64,000 nt of DNA from Candidatus Bathyarchaeota archaeon (GTDB lineage: Archaea; Thermoproteota; Bathyarchaeia; Hecatellales; Hecatellaceae), in the NCBI GenBank assembly GCA_052246995.1, contig JBQPWD010000002.1, positions 196,323-260,322 on the forward strand, read 5' to 3'. The position numbers were made by a program, and so were the translations under genes. The notes beneath the pieces were generated by a model. It searched no databases, was not told the origin of the DNA, and was given only the letters and a program-made list of their open reading frames with translations. Within the stretch, counting starts at the first letter, position 1. Every line of letters begins with the position of its first letter. Of the stretch, positions 30,011 through 40,597 are shown one piece after another.

Positions 30011-30701
30011 TTGTGGTGGAAGATTATGAGAAAGATTACTAGGAAAAAAGAAGACATGATTAAAAAGTTTGTTGAGAAAAGAATGGAAAACCTGGACTTA
30101 GCCCACAACTTTGAACATATTAGGTGTACAGTTAATTTAGCTAAAAGAATTGGAAAAATTGAAGGAGCAAATTTAAGGATAGTTATCCCTGCAGCATATT
30201 TTCATGATATTAATCCTAAAGATAAAAGTGGTAAGTTTAGTTATACAACTATGGATTCTGCTAAGGAGGCTGAAAATTTTCTAAAAAAAATAGGTTTTAA
30301 TTCTGACGAAATCCTCCAAGTTAAGGAAGCCATCATTCCCACATCATTTACAATGCATGAAAGAGGAATTTTTCCTAAAACTTTAGAGGCTAAGGTTGTT
30401 AGAGACGCAGATTTTTTGGAGGCTATGGGTGCAAGAGGTATAGCAAGAGTGTTTGCAACAGCAGGATATTATGGTGCACATAAAATTGGTAAAGTTGAAT
30501 GGAATCCAGAAAAACCTGTAAAACTTAAAATAAACGCTGAAGGGTTAGATCCAACACCTATCTACCATTTTTTTCTCAAAACTTTTATGGTTAAAAGACC
30601 TTATGCAAACAAAAACTGGGAGAAAGATGGCTGAAAAAAGATATAAGTTTATGGTTCAGTTTCTTAAGAGATATAAAGCTGAGTATGAAGGATTAACGTA
30701 G
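30011..30701 (+). pseudogene. HD-domain hydrolase (YedJ-like), frameshifted at a T7 run (30568-30574)
   Basis: AHNFEH, FHD, VRDAD.LEAMGARGIAR; the family-type C-terminus HFFSKLLWLKDLMQTKTGRKMAEKR... lies in the +1 frame, ending at TAG 30701. Confidence 0.75.
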
Positions 30702-30742
30702 AAAGTAGAATTAAAGCTCCAGCTTTAAGCATATCATACTAC

Positions 30743-31951
30743 TTGGGGATTTTGTTGTTTAGGAGTTTTTACTTGAATGTTAAGATTTTGCTTGTTACTT
30801 GTGCTTTTTTAAGTTTATCTATGGGTGTTGCATACCCTTTTCTTTCCGAGTATATTTACAGCATAACTGGTTGTGTGGTTACAGTAGGCATAATTTCATC
30901 TGTTAGAAGCGTTACAAGCATACTTTTTCTTGTTTTAGGCGGATTTTTGTCTGACAGTATTGGTAGGAAAAAGCCTATTTACATTGGAACCTTTTTACTA
31001 AGTTTTTCTCAAGTCATGTATGGGTTAGCCAGAGATTTTCCAAGTTTTATCCTTGCCGCGGTTTGTGAAGGCATCTCATACTTCTATTTTCCAGCATTTA
31101 ATGCCATGATTATGGATTCAACCGCACCAACCAGGCTAGTAAACACATTTACCTTAGCACTCATTGCAGACCATTTACCCTACACAATTTCACCAATTTT
31201 AGGCGGCTTTTTAAGAGATTTGTATGGTGTTTTTGGTTTAAAGCTGGGTTTTATTTTTAGTGGAATTGTTATGTTTCTAACAGCTTTAATAAGGTGGCTT
31301 TTTATTACCGAAACAGTTGGTAAAGTTAATGTCTTCAATACTAAGATGTTATTTAAGGCTTACATGTATATGTTTAAGGATTTTTTGGGCTTAAGCTCCC
31401 TAGTTAGGTGGCTTGTTTTGTTAAGAAGCTTCATTTTACTTTTTGCTGTTTCTATGTTTTACTATTATGCTGTACTTTATGCTGTAAGGTATACTGGTTC
31501 AATATCTTTTACAGGTTGGGGTTTAATCGTTGCAGCATCCTCAGCATCATATCTCGCATCCTTACCATTAGCCAACATTGTCAGTAGGTTCAAGCTTACT
31601 TTACAGTATCCTTTTCTAGTATTTTTGGAGGCTTTAGCTTCGCTACTTTTTATTCTTAATAGTTGGATAGCTTTTCTTGTTTCTATGCTTATATTAAATG
31701 TGTGTGGCGCCTTAACATACGCTATTGAAAGAACAGTTGTGTGTGGGCTTACAGAGCAAACCATGAGAGGGCGGGCGGAGGGTTTTATGAGTCTATCATT
31801 CTATGTTGGAGCTAGCTTAGGCTCATTTATTGGAGGATATGTTTATTCGCTGCATCCTCCAACTCTGATAATTTTAACTTCAACATTGCTGATTATAGGA
31901 GCATTTCTAGGATTCATACTTTTAAAAAGTTTTCAAATAGATTTTGCCTGA
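30743..31951 (+). CDS. MFS transporter
   Basis: About 12 TM segments, GGFLSDSIGRK motif A, MRGRAEG. Confidence 0.88.
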   Translation: MGILLFRSFYLNVKILLVTCAFLSLSMGVAYPFLSEYIYSITGCVVTVGIISSVRSVTSILFLVLGGFLSDSIGRKKPIYIGTFLLSFSQVMYGLARDFPSFILAAVCEGISYFYFPAFNAMIMDSTAPTRLVNTFTLALIADHLPYTISPILGGFLRDLYGVFGLKLGFIFSGIVMFLTALIRWLFITETVGKVNVFNTKMLFKAYMYMFKDFLGLSSLVRWLVLLRSFILLFAVSMFYYYAVLYAVRYTGSISFTGWGLIVAASSASYLASLPLANIVSRFKLTLQYPFLVFLEALASLLFILNSWIAFLVSMLILNVCGALTYAIERTVVCGLTEQTMRGRAEGFMSLSFYVGASLGSFIGGYVYSLHPPTLIILTSTLLIIGAFLGFILLKSFQIDFA

Positions 31952-32062
31952 TAGAAATGTTTAAAATGAATGGAAAACAAAGTGTGAATCATATTAAAAC
32001 TTTAAAAGCTAATTGAAATTGCGCCTAAGAGAATAAACCAGTTTTAGAAGATTATCCAACTA

Positions 32063-32875
32063 TTATCTAATGTTAACAACAGGTATCTTTCTTCTTTTAT
32101 GCTCACTGTTTTTCATCATCTTTAAAACTCTGTTGACAGTTTCAATTTGTATCCCTAGTTCTTCAGCTACTTTTTGAGGTTTCATTTTTAGGTCTATTAA
32201 GCCATAAAGAATTAAATCTAACAAGTCATATTTTATTCCTAATTCTTCTTCATCTGTTTGACCAAACCATAAACCTGCTGTTGGTGTCTTCCAAACTATG
32301 TGGCGTGGAAGTTTCATGTATTCTGCTAACCATCTAACTTGGCTTTTATATAAGCCTCCTAAAGGCTGAATATCCACCCCGCCATCTCCATATTTAGTGT
32401 AGTAACCAACCAAAATTTCTGTTTTATTTCCGGCACCAACAACAAGCCTATTTAGAAGGTTTGCATGGTAGTATAAAATTGTCATCCGAATTCTTGGTTT
32501 AATGTTGCCAACCGCAACTTTGTTGGATAAGTCCTGATGGCTACATAAAGCCAGAAACTTATCTTCAACGGGGGATATGTCTATAATCTCATACTTGATT
32601 CCAAGATTTTCAGCTAAAAATTTAGCATCCTCGGTATCCTCTCGGCTTGTTGTAGTTGAAGGCATAATTAACCCTAAAACCTTATCAGCCCCTAAAGCTG
32701 AAACACATAAGCTGGCTACTGTTGAAGAATCAACTCCACCGCTAAGTCCAATTACAACTCCTTCAACCTTCGCTTTTTCAACATGTTTTAAAATAAACTT
32801 AGTAATTTTCTGTTTAACCAATGAAAAATCAAGTTGAAGTGAATCCTTAGTTAAGCCCAAGAAAACACTCCACAC
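32063..32875 (-). CDS. nadE: NH3-dependent NAD+ synthetase
   Basis: GLSGGVDS, GNIKPRIRM, GYYTKYGDG, PTAGLW.GQTDEEELG, SEHKR. Confidence 0.95.
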   Translation of the reverse strand: MWSVFLGLTKDSLQLDFSLVKQKITKFILKHVEKAKVEGVVIGLSGGVDSSTVASLCVSALGADKVLGLIMPSTTTSREDTEDAKFLAENLGIKYEIIDISPVEDKFLALCSHQDLSNKVAVGNIKPRIRMTILYYHANLLNRLVVGAGNKTEILVGYYTKYGDGGVDIQPLGGLYKSQVRWLAEYMKLPRHIVWKTPTAGLWFGQTDEEELGIKYDLLDLILYGLIDLKMKPQKVAEELGIQIETVNRVLKMMKNSEHKRRKIPVVNIR

Positions 32876-32976
32876 CTTATTTATTAAGGTAGTTAAAGTT
32901 GTAAAAAGCTTTTATCTTTCAATCATACTCAAATAATTAATACCTTCTCTTAAAAAAGATTATCAACCGTTGAAGA

Positions 32977-33783
32977 ATGACCTATTTACAGATTGTTATA
33001 CTTTTAACCCTCGGATTTGGGATAGGTGCCTTTGGAACGTTGATTGGAGTAGGAGGAGGTTTTCTGGCAGTTCCTCTCCTCATAATTTTTTACGGTTTGG
33101 AACCTAGGTTTGCTGTTGGAACAAGCTTGTTTTTTGTATTTTTTAACACTCTGTCTGGAAGTATAGCCTACTTAAGGCAAAGAAGAGTTGACCTTAAAGT
33201 TGGATTAATGTTTATAGCGCTAGCTACGCCAGGCTCAATTTTGGGTGCCTACATGACAAGCTACTTTGAATCAAATGTCTTTAAGTTAACATTTTCAGCC
33301 TTACTTATCGCTACATCCACTTATCTAATTGCAAAGCCAAGTATGAAGCAACATAATAGTTTAAAGGATGAAGGTTACCATAGAAAGCTGGTTGACTATA
33401 AAGGTAATGTTTACGAGTACTATGTAAAGTTGGGTAGAGGTTTGATGTTAAGCTTCTTTATAGGGTTTATTTCAAGCATATTTGGTATTGGTGGAGGAGT
33501 ACTTCACATGCCAGCCATGATTTTTCTGCTGGGCTTCCCTATTCATATATCCACAGCAACGTCGCACTTTATTTTAGTCTTCAACTCGCTTGCTGGTTCA
33601 GCTACTCATGCATCTTTAGGTAATGTGAATTTTATTTTTGCAATACCCATGAGCATTGGTGCTATACTAGGTGCTCAATTTGGAGCATTAATCTCCCATA
33701 AGCTTAAGGGGACAACTATTGAAAAGTTGCTTAGTATAGCGCTTATAATAGTAGCCATTCGGTTGGTCATGCAGGCTTTCTAA
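32977..33783 (+). CDS. TauE/SafE (sulfite exporter family) permease
   Basis: Repeated G.GGG motifs (GVGGGF, GIGGGV), AVGTSL and ATSH; about 8 TM. Confidence 0.88.
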   Translation: MTYLQIVILLTLGFGIGAFGTLIGVGGGFLAVPLLIIFYGLEPRFAVGTSLFFVFFNTLSGSIAYLRQRRVDLKVGLMFIALATPGSILGAYMTSYFESNVFKLTFSALLIATSTYLIAKPSMKQHNSLKDEGYHRKLVDYKGNVYEYYVKLGRGLMLSFFIGFISSIFGIGGGVLHMPAMIFLLGFPIHISTATSHFILVFNSLAGSATHASLGNVNFIFAIPMSIGAILGAQFGALISHKLKGTTIEKLLSIALIIVAIRLVMQAF

Positions 33784-33839
33784 ACACGCTTTAGAGATTT
33801 AAATAAGAGAGAGCAAAGCTTAATCACGGTTTTACATTA

Positions 33840-34796
33840 ATGAAGCTTATGTTTAAAAAGTACTTGTTCAGGATGACCAAAAACAAGGTGTTTAAAGTTT
33901 TTGATGAAGTTATTAAAGACTATAATGTTGATGCTGTTTTACTTTCTGGAGGTCTTGATACATCAATTTTAGCATGTTTACTTACCCGTTACTTTAAGCC
34001 TCACCTGATAACTGTAGGCTTTACTGAAAGCGAAGCCCCAGATGTTTATTACGCCAAACTTGTTGCTCAACATCTTAGACTTCCTATTCATGTTAAATTT
34101 TTCAGCGTAGAGGAGGCGGAGGAGGCGGCTAAGCATGTAGTTAAGGTTGTTAAAAGCTTTGACCCTGTGGAAATTAGGAATGATATTCCAATTTACGTGG
34201 CTATGAGAGAGGTAAAAACGTTAGGATTAAACTCTGTAGCTACTGGAGATGGAGGAGATGAGCTGTTTGCCGGTTACTCGTTTTTGTTTAACCTTAAACC
34301 TTATGAGGTGGATAAATGGGTAAAAGATACTGTGAGAAACTGGTTTTTTGCATCTAAGCTTATTGGTGAAAGTCTAGGGTTAAAGGTTTTTCAACCGTTT
34401 TTAGATGAAAGAATAGTTAAACTTGCCTTAAAAATTCCAGCTGAATTTAAGATAACAACAAAGAATGGTGTAAAATATGGGAAGTGGATTTTACGTGAAG
34501 CTTTTAAAAAACTCTTACCTCCTGAGGTTATCTGGAGAGGTAAGTATCCTATAGAGGCTGGAACTGGGAGTATTAGGTTAAGCGAGATTTTTAAAGTAAA
34601 GCCGGAAGAATTTAACGAGTTGTCAAAACTTGTAAAAATAAGCAGCCAGGAACAAGCATACTACCTAAAGTTATACCTTAAAATTGTGGGTAAGATATCC
34701 ACACCTAGAAATGGAGAAAAAACATGTCCAAAATGTGGAGGAGGTGTGGCAAAAAACTTAAAATACTGTAAAACTTGCGGGGCATACCCGGTTTAA
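33840..34796 (+). CDS. Asparagine synthetase-like PP-loop protein (synthetase domain only) with C-terminal Zn ribbon
   Basis: LLSGGLDTS, TGDGGDELFAGY, GKWILR; no glutaminase domain; CPKC...CKTC tail. Confidence 0.8.
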   Translation: MKLMFKKYLFRMTKNKVFKVFDEVIKDYNVDAVLLSGGLDTSILACLLTRYFKPHLITVGFTESEAPDVYYAKLVAQHLRLPIHVKFFSVEEAEEAAKHVVKVVKSFDPVEIRNDIPIYVAMREVKTLGLNSVATGDGGDELFAGYSFLFNLKPYEVDKWVKDTVRNWFFASKLIGESLGLKVFQPFLDERIVKLALKIPAEFKITTKNGVKYGKWILREAFKKLLPPEVIWRGKYPIEAGTGSIRLSEIFKVKPEEFNELSKLVKISSQEQAYYLKLYLKIVGKISTPRNGEKTCPKCGGGVAKNLKYCKTCGAYPV

Positions 34797-35242
34797 GTAA
34801 GTTTAAGCTTCATAATTATGGCGTCTTCGCCATTCTCGTAATATCTTGGTATTCTACCTGAAAACTTAAACCCTAATTTCTCGTACAATCTCCTAGCAAC
34901 AATATTGTTTTCTGCAACTTCAAGCTCAACTTCAAGAAAACCTTTACTTTTTAATTTTTCTAGAAGCGTTTTTAACAACATGCTTCCAACATGCTTCTGC
35001 CTATATTTAGGATGAACTGCTATTGAAACAATAATTGCCGAAAAAGGATTCTTAAAAATTGATGTAACGTAGCCAGCAATATCCCCATTCAAAACTGCTA
35101 CAAGAAACTCTCCAGACTTGAGGGTTATTAAAGTTCTAAGTAAGCTTAACGGATATGGACTAGAAAATGATAACTTCTCTATACATCCCAAGCTTGGCAA
35201 ATCTTCTAAACATGCAGACCTAACTTTAACTTTTTGAAGCAT
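34793..35242 (-). CDS. rimI: RimI/Ard1-like N-terminal acetyltransferase (GNAT)
   Basis: SIAVHPKYRQKHVG, LEV..NN..A..LY, YYENGEDA. Confidence 0.85.
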   Translation of the reverse strand: MLQKVKVRSACLEDLPSLGCIEKLSFSSPYPLSLLRTLITLKSGEFLVAVLNGDIAGYVTSIFKNPFSAIIVSIAVHPKYRQKHVGSMLLKTLLEKLKSKGFLEVELEVAENNIVARRLYEKLGFKFSGRIPRYYENGEDAIIMKLKLT

Positions 35243-35305
35243 TCCTTCTCACAAACCTTAAATGGATTATTGCTTAAGCTTTTTCATAAACTTTAAGGTT
35301 AAAAT

Positions 35306-36388
35306 ATGAGACTCGTTGAACTTGACCAGAAAAAGGGATTTTTTAGCGTGGTAGTGGAAAACTTAGATGATCTATGGCATATCTATAATTTGATTTCTAA
35401 GGATGACGTTGTTTATGCAAAAACAACACGTGAAATTAAGGTTAGAAGTGAAGCTGGTAAACCTGTTAAGGGTAGAAGGGTTCTTTTAACTTTAGGTTTA
35501 AAAATTGTAGAATTATTTTTTGATAAAAACTTGAATAGAGTTAGACTTAGAGGTATTATTGTTGATGCTCCTGAAAAATATGAGGATCTCTTAGGTTCAT
35601 ACCATACAATATCCGTTCAACTAAACACTACGTTAAAAGTTTTTAAACAAAAGCTTACAGAGTCAAACATTAAAAGGATTAAGGAGGCATGTGAAGTTAA
35701 AACAAAACCAATAATCGTTGTTTCCCTAGATGATGAGGAAGCATGTATTGCTGTTGTAAGAAGGTTTAAGGTTGATGTAAAATTTGAGCAAAGAATTAAG
35801 CTTCCTGGTAAGCTTGAGGCAGAAAAAAGAGGAGAATCTTTAAAAGCGTATTTTGCGGAACTATCTAAAAACTTGCTGGAGATTTTTAAAGTTGAAGATG
35901 GATTTATTAGTGTAGTTGGCCCTGGTTTTCTTAAAGATGAGTTTTCAAAATACTTAGAAGAAAAATTTGGGTTAAAAGTGTATGTTGGTTTTGCTAGTTC
36001 TGGTGGGTTATCAGGGGTAAACGAAGCTATACGCAGCGGCGTTCTTTTAACCATAATAAAAGAAGGCAGACTTCTTGAGGAGGCTCAACTTGTTGAAAAA
36101 TTTTTCGAAAAACTTGCACACAATGAAGGAAAAGCAGTTTACGGCATTGAGGAGGTTGAAAATGCTGCAAATGCTGGTGCGGTGGAAGAACTTTTAATTG
36201 TTGATGAATGGTTAAGAAGGGCTTTGGATGAGGAAAGGTTAAGAGTTGAAAAGATAATGCACACTGTTGAAAATAAAAAGGGAAAAATTCATATTTTAAG
36301 TGAAGCTAGTGAAGCAGGGGAGAAGGTGCTTTCTCTTGGAGGAATTGTTGCAATACTAAGATTCCCATTTAAAAGTGAGAATATATGA
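35306..36388 (+). CDS. pelA: mRNA surveillance protein Pelota (Dom34)
   Basis: DDLWH, T.R, GSYHT, GPGF, LGGIVAILRF. Confidence 0.93.
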   Translation: MRLVELDQKKGFFSVVVENLDDLWHIYNLISKDDVVYAKTTREIKVRSEAGKPVKGRRVLLTLGLKIVELFFDKNLNRVRLRGIIVDAPEKYEDLLGSYHTISVQLNTTLKVFKQKLTESNIKRIKEACEVKTKPIIVVSLDDEEACIAVVRRFKVDVKFEQRIKLPGKLEAEKRGESLKAYFAELSKNLLEIFKVEDGFISVVGPGFLKDEFSKYLEEKFGLKVYVGFASSGGLSGVNEAIRSGVLLTIIKEGRLLEEAQLVEKFFEKLAHNEGKAVYGIEEVENAANAGAVEELLIVDEWLRRALDEERLRVEKIMHTVENKKGKIHILSEASEAGEKVLSLGGIVAILRFPFKSENI

Positions 36389-36448
36389 TTATACTTCCAC
36401 TGTTTATAACTTCAATGTGGTATAGCTATACTGTGGAGAAGTAGAGTA

Positions 36449-37576
36449 ATGATTAACTTCCAAGACCAAGAGATAATCATATTTTTAATTTTTTTTCTGC
36501 CATGGATTTTAGCTTACATTATCGGTAAAAGATTAAATTTAGGAAAATATGGAGTAACAATTAAACCATTCCTTCTAATGGTTAAAACCGAGAAAGTTGT
36601 TAAAATTCTGGATTTTCTTTCTAAAAAGCTTAACAAAGTACTTCCAGTTATTACAAATATCTCGATTGTTCTTGCTTTTGGTATGATGACTCTCGGGGTT
36701 TATACTTTATCCAAAAATCTTTATCTTTTCATTTATAAGGCTGAAGAAGCATATCCCGTTTTTCCAGCAATTCCTGTTATAACAATTAGAGAAAGCCTTC
36801 CATACTTTCTTATATCAGCAGCAATTATCATAATTGTCCACGAATTTGCACATGGAATTGTTGCAAGATATGAAAAAATAAGGATTAAATCAGCAGGTTT
36901 TCTTCTTGTTGCATTAATATTTGGAGGATTTATTGAGCCTGAAGAAGAGGATTTTAACAAGGTTTCTTTAGAAAAAAAGTTAAAAGTTTTAAGTGCAGGT
37001 TCTTCTGCAAATATTATCTTTGGCTTAATTATAGTAGTGCTGCTTGCAACACTAATTCAACCTACAGGAGTAGTTGTCAATGTTATTGAAGGTTATCCAG
37101 CAGCAGAAGCCGGGCTTCAAACAGGAGACGTCATTATTGCTGTTAACGGTACCAGAGTTTCTAACACTGAAGAATTTAGAAGTTTTATGAGTAAAGTTGG
37201 CGTAAACAACACACTTATCCTAGATGTAAAACTCCAAAATTCATCATGTAGAAGCATAATTGTTAAAACGGTTGGTAGCCCTGAAAAACCTGAAAAACCC
37301 ATAATCGGGGTTTACGTTTCAGATTATATTGAAATTACACCTACATTTTTAACACTTTTTTGGACCCAGTTTTGGTCTATAAATATTGCGGTAGTAAATA
37401 TGATACCAATTTACCCGCTTGATGGTGGAAACATTCTGGATTGCTTAGCTAAAAGATTTATTAAAAAAGAAGGGAGAGTTAAATTGGTAAGAACTATTTT
37501 TTCAAGTATCTTTGTTAGCTTGCTTGCTTTAAACATTATACTAACCTTTATAAAGTTTGGTTTTATAACAATTTAG
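36449..37576 (+). CDS. Site-2 (M50) intramembrane metalloprotease with PDZ domain
   Basis: HEFAH, AGSSAN, PDZ-like PAAEAGLQTGD, NMIPIYPLDGG. Confidence 0.92.
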   Translation: MINFQDQEIIIFLIFFLPWILAYIIGKRLNLGKYGVTIKPFLLMVKTEKVVKILDFLSKKLNKVLPVITNISIVLAFGMMTLGVYTLSKNLYLFIYKAEEAYPVFPAIPVITIRESLPYFLISAAIIIIVHEFAHGIVARYEKIRIKSAGFLLVALIFGGFIEPEEEDFNKVSLEKKLKVLSAGSSANIIFGLIIVVLLATLIQPTGVVVNVIEGYPAAEAGLQTGDVIIAVNGTRVSNTEEFRSFMSKVGVNNTLILDVKLQNSSCRSIIVKTVGSPEKPEKPIIGVYVSDYIEITPTFLTLFWTQFWSINIAVVNMIPIYPLDGGNILDCLAKRFIKKEGRVKLVRTIFSSIFVSLLALNIILTFIKFGFITI

Positions 37577-37615
37577 AAGACCTAAAGCATTTTCCCGGCT
37601 TATTGAGGGAGAAGA

Positions 37616-38554
37616 ATGCTTTGTAACCTTTGTAGTTTTCGTGAAGCAGTATTTTTCCGCAGATTCTCGGGTGAAAAGCTCTGCAAATCTTGTTTTATCC
37701 ATTCTATCGAAAAAAAGGTTAAAAAAACTATTTCAAAGTATAAGATGTTTGATATTGATGATAGAATTGCTGTTGCTGTTTCAGGAGGAAAAGATAGCTT
37801 ATCCCTACTTAAAATTCTTTATAAGATTGAGAAAAAATTTCCAAAGTCAAGTCTTCTTGCTGTAACTATTGATGAAGGTATTTACGGATATAGAGATGAA
37901 GCTATTAAAAACGCTGAAAATTTTTGTAAAAAACTTGGAATTGAATATCATATAGCTTCATTTGAGGAAATTTATCGGATAACCGTTGACGAAATTGCTG
38001 AAAAAATCAGAAATAAACCTGGCGAGCTTACTCCATGCTCATATTGTGGTGTTTTACGTAGAAAAGCACTAAATAAAATTGCAAAAGAGTATAAAGCAAC
38101 TAAACTTGCAACAGCCCATACGCTAGATGATGAAGTTCAAACAATAATGCTAAACTTTATCCATGGAGACTTTACAAGAGCGGCAAGAATTGAACCTAAA
38201 CTTGAAGGAGAAGTTGAAGGTTTTATTCAAAGAGTTAAACCTTTTTGTGAAATTCCCCAAGAAGAAGTGGCACTTTACGCATATTTTAACGGTATAGATT
38301 TTCAATCTACCGAGTGTCCATACGCACCTTTAGCTTTAAGAAGCGAGATTAGGGAGTTTTTAATTAAACTTGAAAATAGACACCCTGGAACAAGATACAA
38401 CATTTACCGTTCCTTTGAAAAAGTTAGACCAATGTTGAAGCAAAGTATAAAATACGAGCTAAAATCATGTGAAATATGTGGGGAACCATCCTCCAAAAAT
38501 ATTTGTGAATCGTGTAGAATGATTAAAAAGTTTACATCCGATAACAGGTCTTAA
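37616..38554 (+). CDS. ncsA: tRNA 2-thiolation protein NcsA/TtuA (Ncs6 family)
   Basis: N- and C-terminal Zn fingers, SGGKDS PP-loop, CSYCGVLRR, CPY. Confidence 0.88.
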   Translation: MLCNLCSFREAVFFRRFSGEKLCKSCFIHSIEKKVKKTISKYKMFDIDDRIAVAVSGGKDSLSLLKILYKIEKKFPKSSLLAVTIDEGIYGYRDEAIKNAENFCKKLGIEYHIASFEEIYRITVDEIAEKIRNKPGELTPCSYCGVLRRKALNKIAKEYKATKLATAHTLDDEVQTIMLNFIHGDFTRAARIEPKLEGEVEGFIQRVKPFCEIPQEEVALYAYFNGIDFQSTECPYAPLALRSEIREFLIKLENRHPGTRYNIYRSFEKVRPMLKQSIKYELKSCEICGEPSSKNICESCRMIKKFTSDNRS

Positions 38555-38827
38555 ACAAACTTCTAGCAACACATAATAAGAAGCTGTCAATGATTGGTTT
38601 AACCAAGAATTATGGAAAATTTTTAAACAAAAACATCGCTTATTTTGCCTACAGACGTTTAGCCACCATGGTGAGTATTTTAGGTTTAAATAGGATTTAA
38701 TAAAGAATTTTAACCTTATGTACATTTTAAGATTATTTTGAACGTGATTACAATTGTTCAATATGTAAGAAGTTTTCCGGTTTAGTATCACTTAAATATC
38801 TTAATTTTTATAGTAACCTTAAGCTGA

Positions 38828-40420
38828 TTGGTGTTTTATTTGAATTTAGGAAAAGAAAACCCTGATGGAAGAATTGAGTATAAGTTTATCTTAAAGGATT
38901 TAGATGAAAAAAGGCTTGATGAAATTGCAACTCAACTTAAGTATAGAATTGAGGAGGGATTAGGAGAAGCAATATACGAGATAGGAGTTACAGATAATGG
39001 TGAAGTTATCGGCCTTAAAGATGAAGACCTTAAAACTTCAATTGAAAACTTAAACATTGCTGCTGAAAAAATTGGTGCAAAAATTACACTCATCAGAAAG
39101 ATTGATGGAAAAATTGGGAAGGCTGTTGAAGTTTTAGTTAGAAGAACAAAAGAATCTGAAAGCTTTCCAATCTGGCTTTACATTCCTGTTCTTGGTAATG
39201 TTGATTCAGGAAAATCCAGTCTCGTTGGAGTTTTAACTACAGGGATAAAAGATGATGGTAATGGAAGTGCCATGATGAAGGTTGCAAGATATTTGCATGA
39301 GATAAAGTCTCGTAGAACATCATCTATATCCTGTCATCCATTAGGTTTTGATGAAACTGGTAAAATAGTAAACCATTCCCTAGCTTCACCTTTAGATGAA
39401 GCTGAAGTTTTCCTTAACTCATCAAAAATTGTAGAGCTTGTGGACCTTGGTGGACATGAAAAATACTTTAAAACCACGCTTAAAGGAGTTATGGGACATC
39501 ATCCAGATTACTGTATAATTACCATTTCAGCTAACGATGGAATTAAGCCCATGACTATTGAACATTTAAAGGTTGTTGTAGGTTTAAGGTTACCTATAAT
39601 CTTTGTTATAACAAAAATTGACCTTGCACCCTACAATGTTAATAGAGTTGTTGATGAGCTTCAACGTTTAGTAAAACTTCCAAAAATAAATTCTGTACCA
39701 TTTTTAATAAAAAACATGGATGATGTAATTGTAGCATCCAAAGTTATTTCTACTGGTCGGGTTGTACCAATTTTTAAGGTTTCAAACGTCACTACCGAGG
39801 GCATAAACCTTCTTCAATCATTCCTAAATCTTTTGCCACAAAGAACAAGATGGAACGAGTATAGAAGTAAACATTTTCTTATGTACATCGACGACATATT
39901 TAATGTTAAGGGAGTTGGACCTGTAGTTTCAGGCTTAATTAGACAAGGTGGAATCTCGGAAAACGAGTATGCCTTAATCGGACCGTTTGAAGATGGCAGC
40001 TTTAAAAATATCCGTGTGAAATCTATTCATGTGAACAGAGTCTTTGTTAAACATACTTTTGCCGGTAATGATGCATGCTTAGCATTATCAGGTGTAGAGT
40101 TTAAGGAAATAAGAAAAGGAATGGTTGTATTAAGTTCAAGCTTAATACCTAAAGCTGTTAAAGTTTTTGAAGCGGAAGTTTTCATTTTACACCATCCAAC
40201 AACAATAAGAGAGGGATATCAGGCAGTTATACACCTTCAAACAATCAGACAATCAGCAGAATTTTCTGAAATTTATGATAAGAAGGTTTTACGTACAGGC
40301 GATTACGGAAAGGTCAAACTGAAATTTCTATATCGTCCAGAGTTTTTAAGTGAAGGACAAAATTTTGTTTTTAGAGAAGCTAACGCAAAGGGTATTGGTG
40401 TGGTAAAAAAGACATTGTAG
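38828..40420 (+). CDS. GTPBP1/GTPBP2-like translational GTPase
   Basis: N-terminal IEYK...EG.GEAIYEIGV.D.G domain; GNVDSGKS, RTSS, DLGGHEKY, TKID; EF-type domains II/III (HHPTTI..GYQ). Confidence 0.92.
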   Translation: MVFYLNLGKENPDGRIEYKFILKDLDEKRLDEIATQLKYRIEEGLGEAIYEIGVTDNGEVIGLKDEDLKTSIENLNIAAEKIGAKITLIRKIDGKIGKAVEVLVRRTKESESFPIWLYIPVLGNVDSGKSSLVGVLTTGIKDDGNGSAMMKVARYLHEIKSRRTSSISCHPLGFDETGKIVNHSLASPLDEAEVFLNSSKIVELVDLGGHEKYFKTTLKGVMGHHPDYCIITISANDGIKPMTIEHLKVVVGLRLPIIFVITKIDLAPYNVNRVVDELQRLVKLPKINSVPFLIKNMDDVIVASKVISTGRVVPIFKVSNVTTEGINLLQSFLNLLPQRTRWNEYRSKHFLMYIDDIFNVKGVGPVVSGLIRQGGISENEYALIGPFEDGSFKNIRVKSIHVNRVFVKHTFAGNDACLALSGVEFKEIRKGMVVLSSSLIPKAVKVFEAEVFILHHPTTIREGYQAVIHLQTIRQSAEFSEIYDKKVLRTGDYGKVKLKFLYRPEFLSEGQNFVFREANAKGIGVVKKTL

Positions 40421-40597
40421 AATTGCAGTAATTTCTCATTCAAATTAAAATTAAACTCGGAAAAAGTTTTCTATAGTTAGCCTCTCTAAAACCCGGCCAT
40501 GTACAAAATGCTTAAAAGTGTTAAGTTCATATAATTACCAAGGAAAACTCATATAATCCACCTCAAGTATAATTAGTAAGATACATAACTATATGGA

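Noticed and set aside
38465-38791. 108-aa minus-strand ORF and the many other short ORFs overlapping assigned genes
   Set aside because: Antisense or alternate-frame shadows of well-supported genes with no motifs
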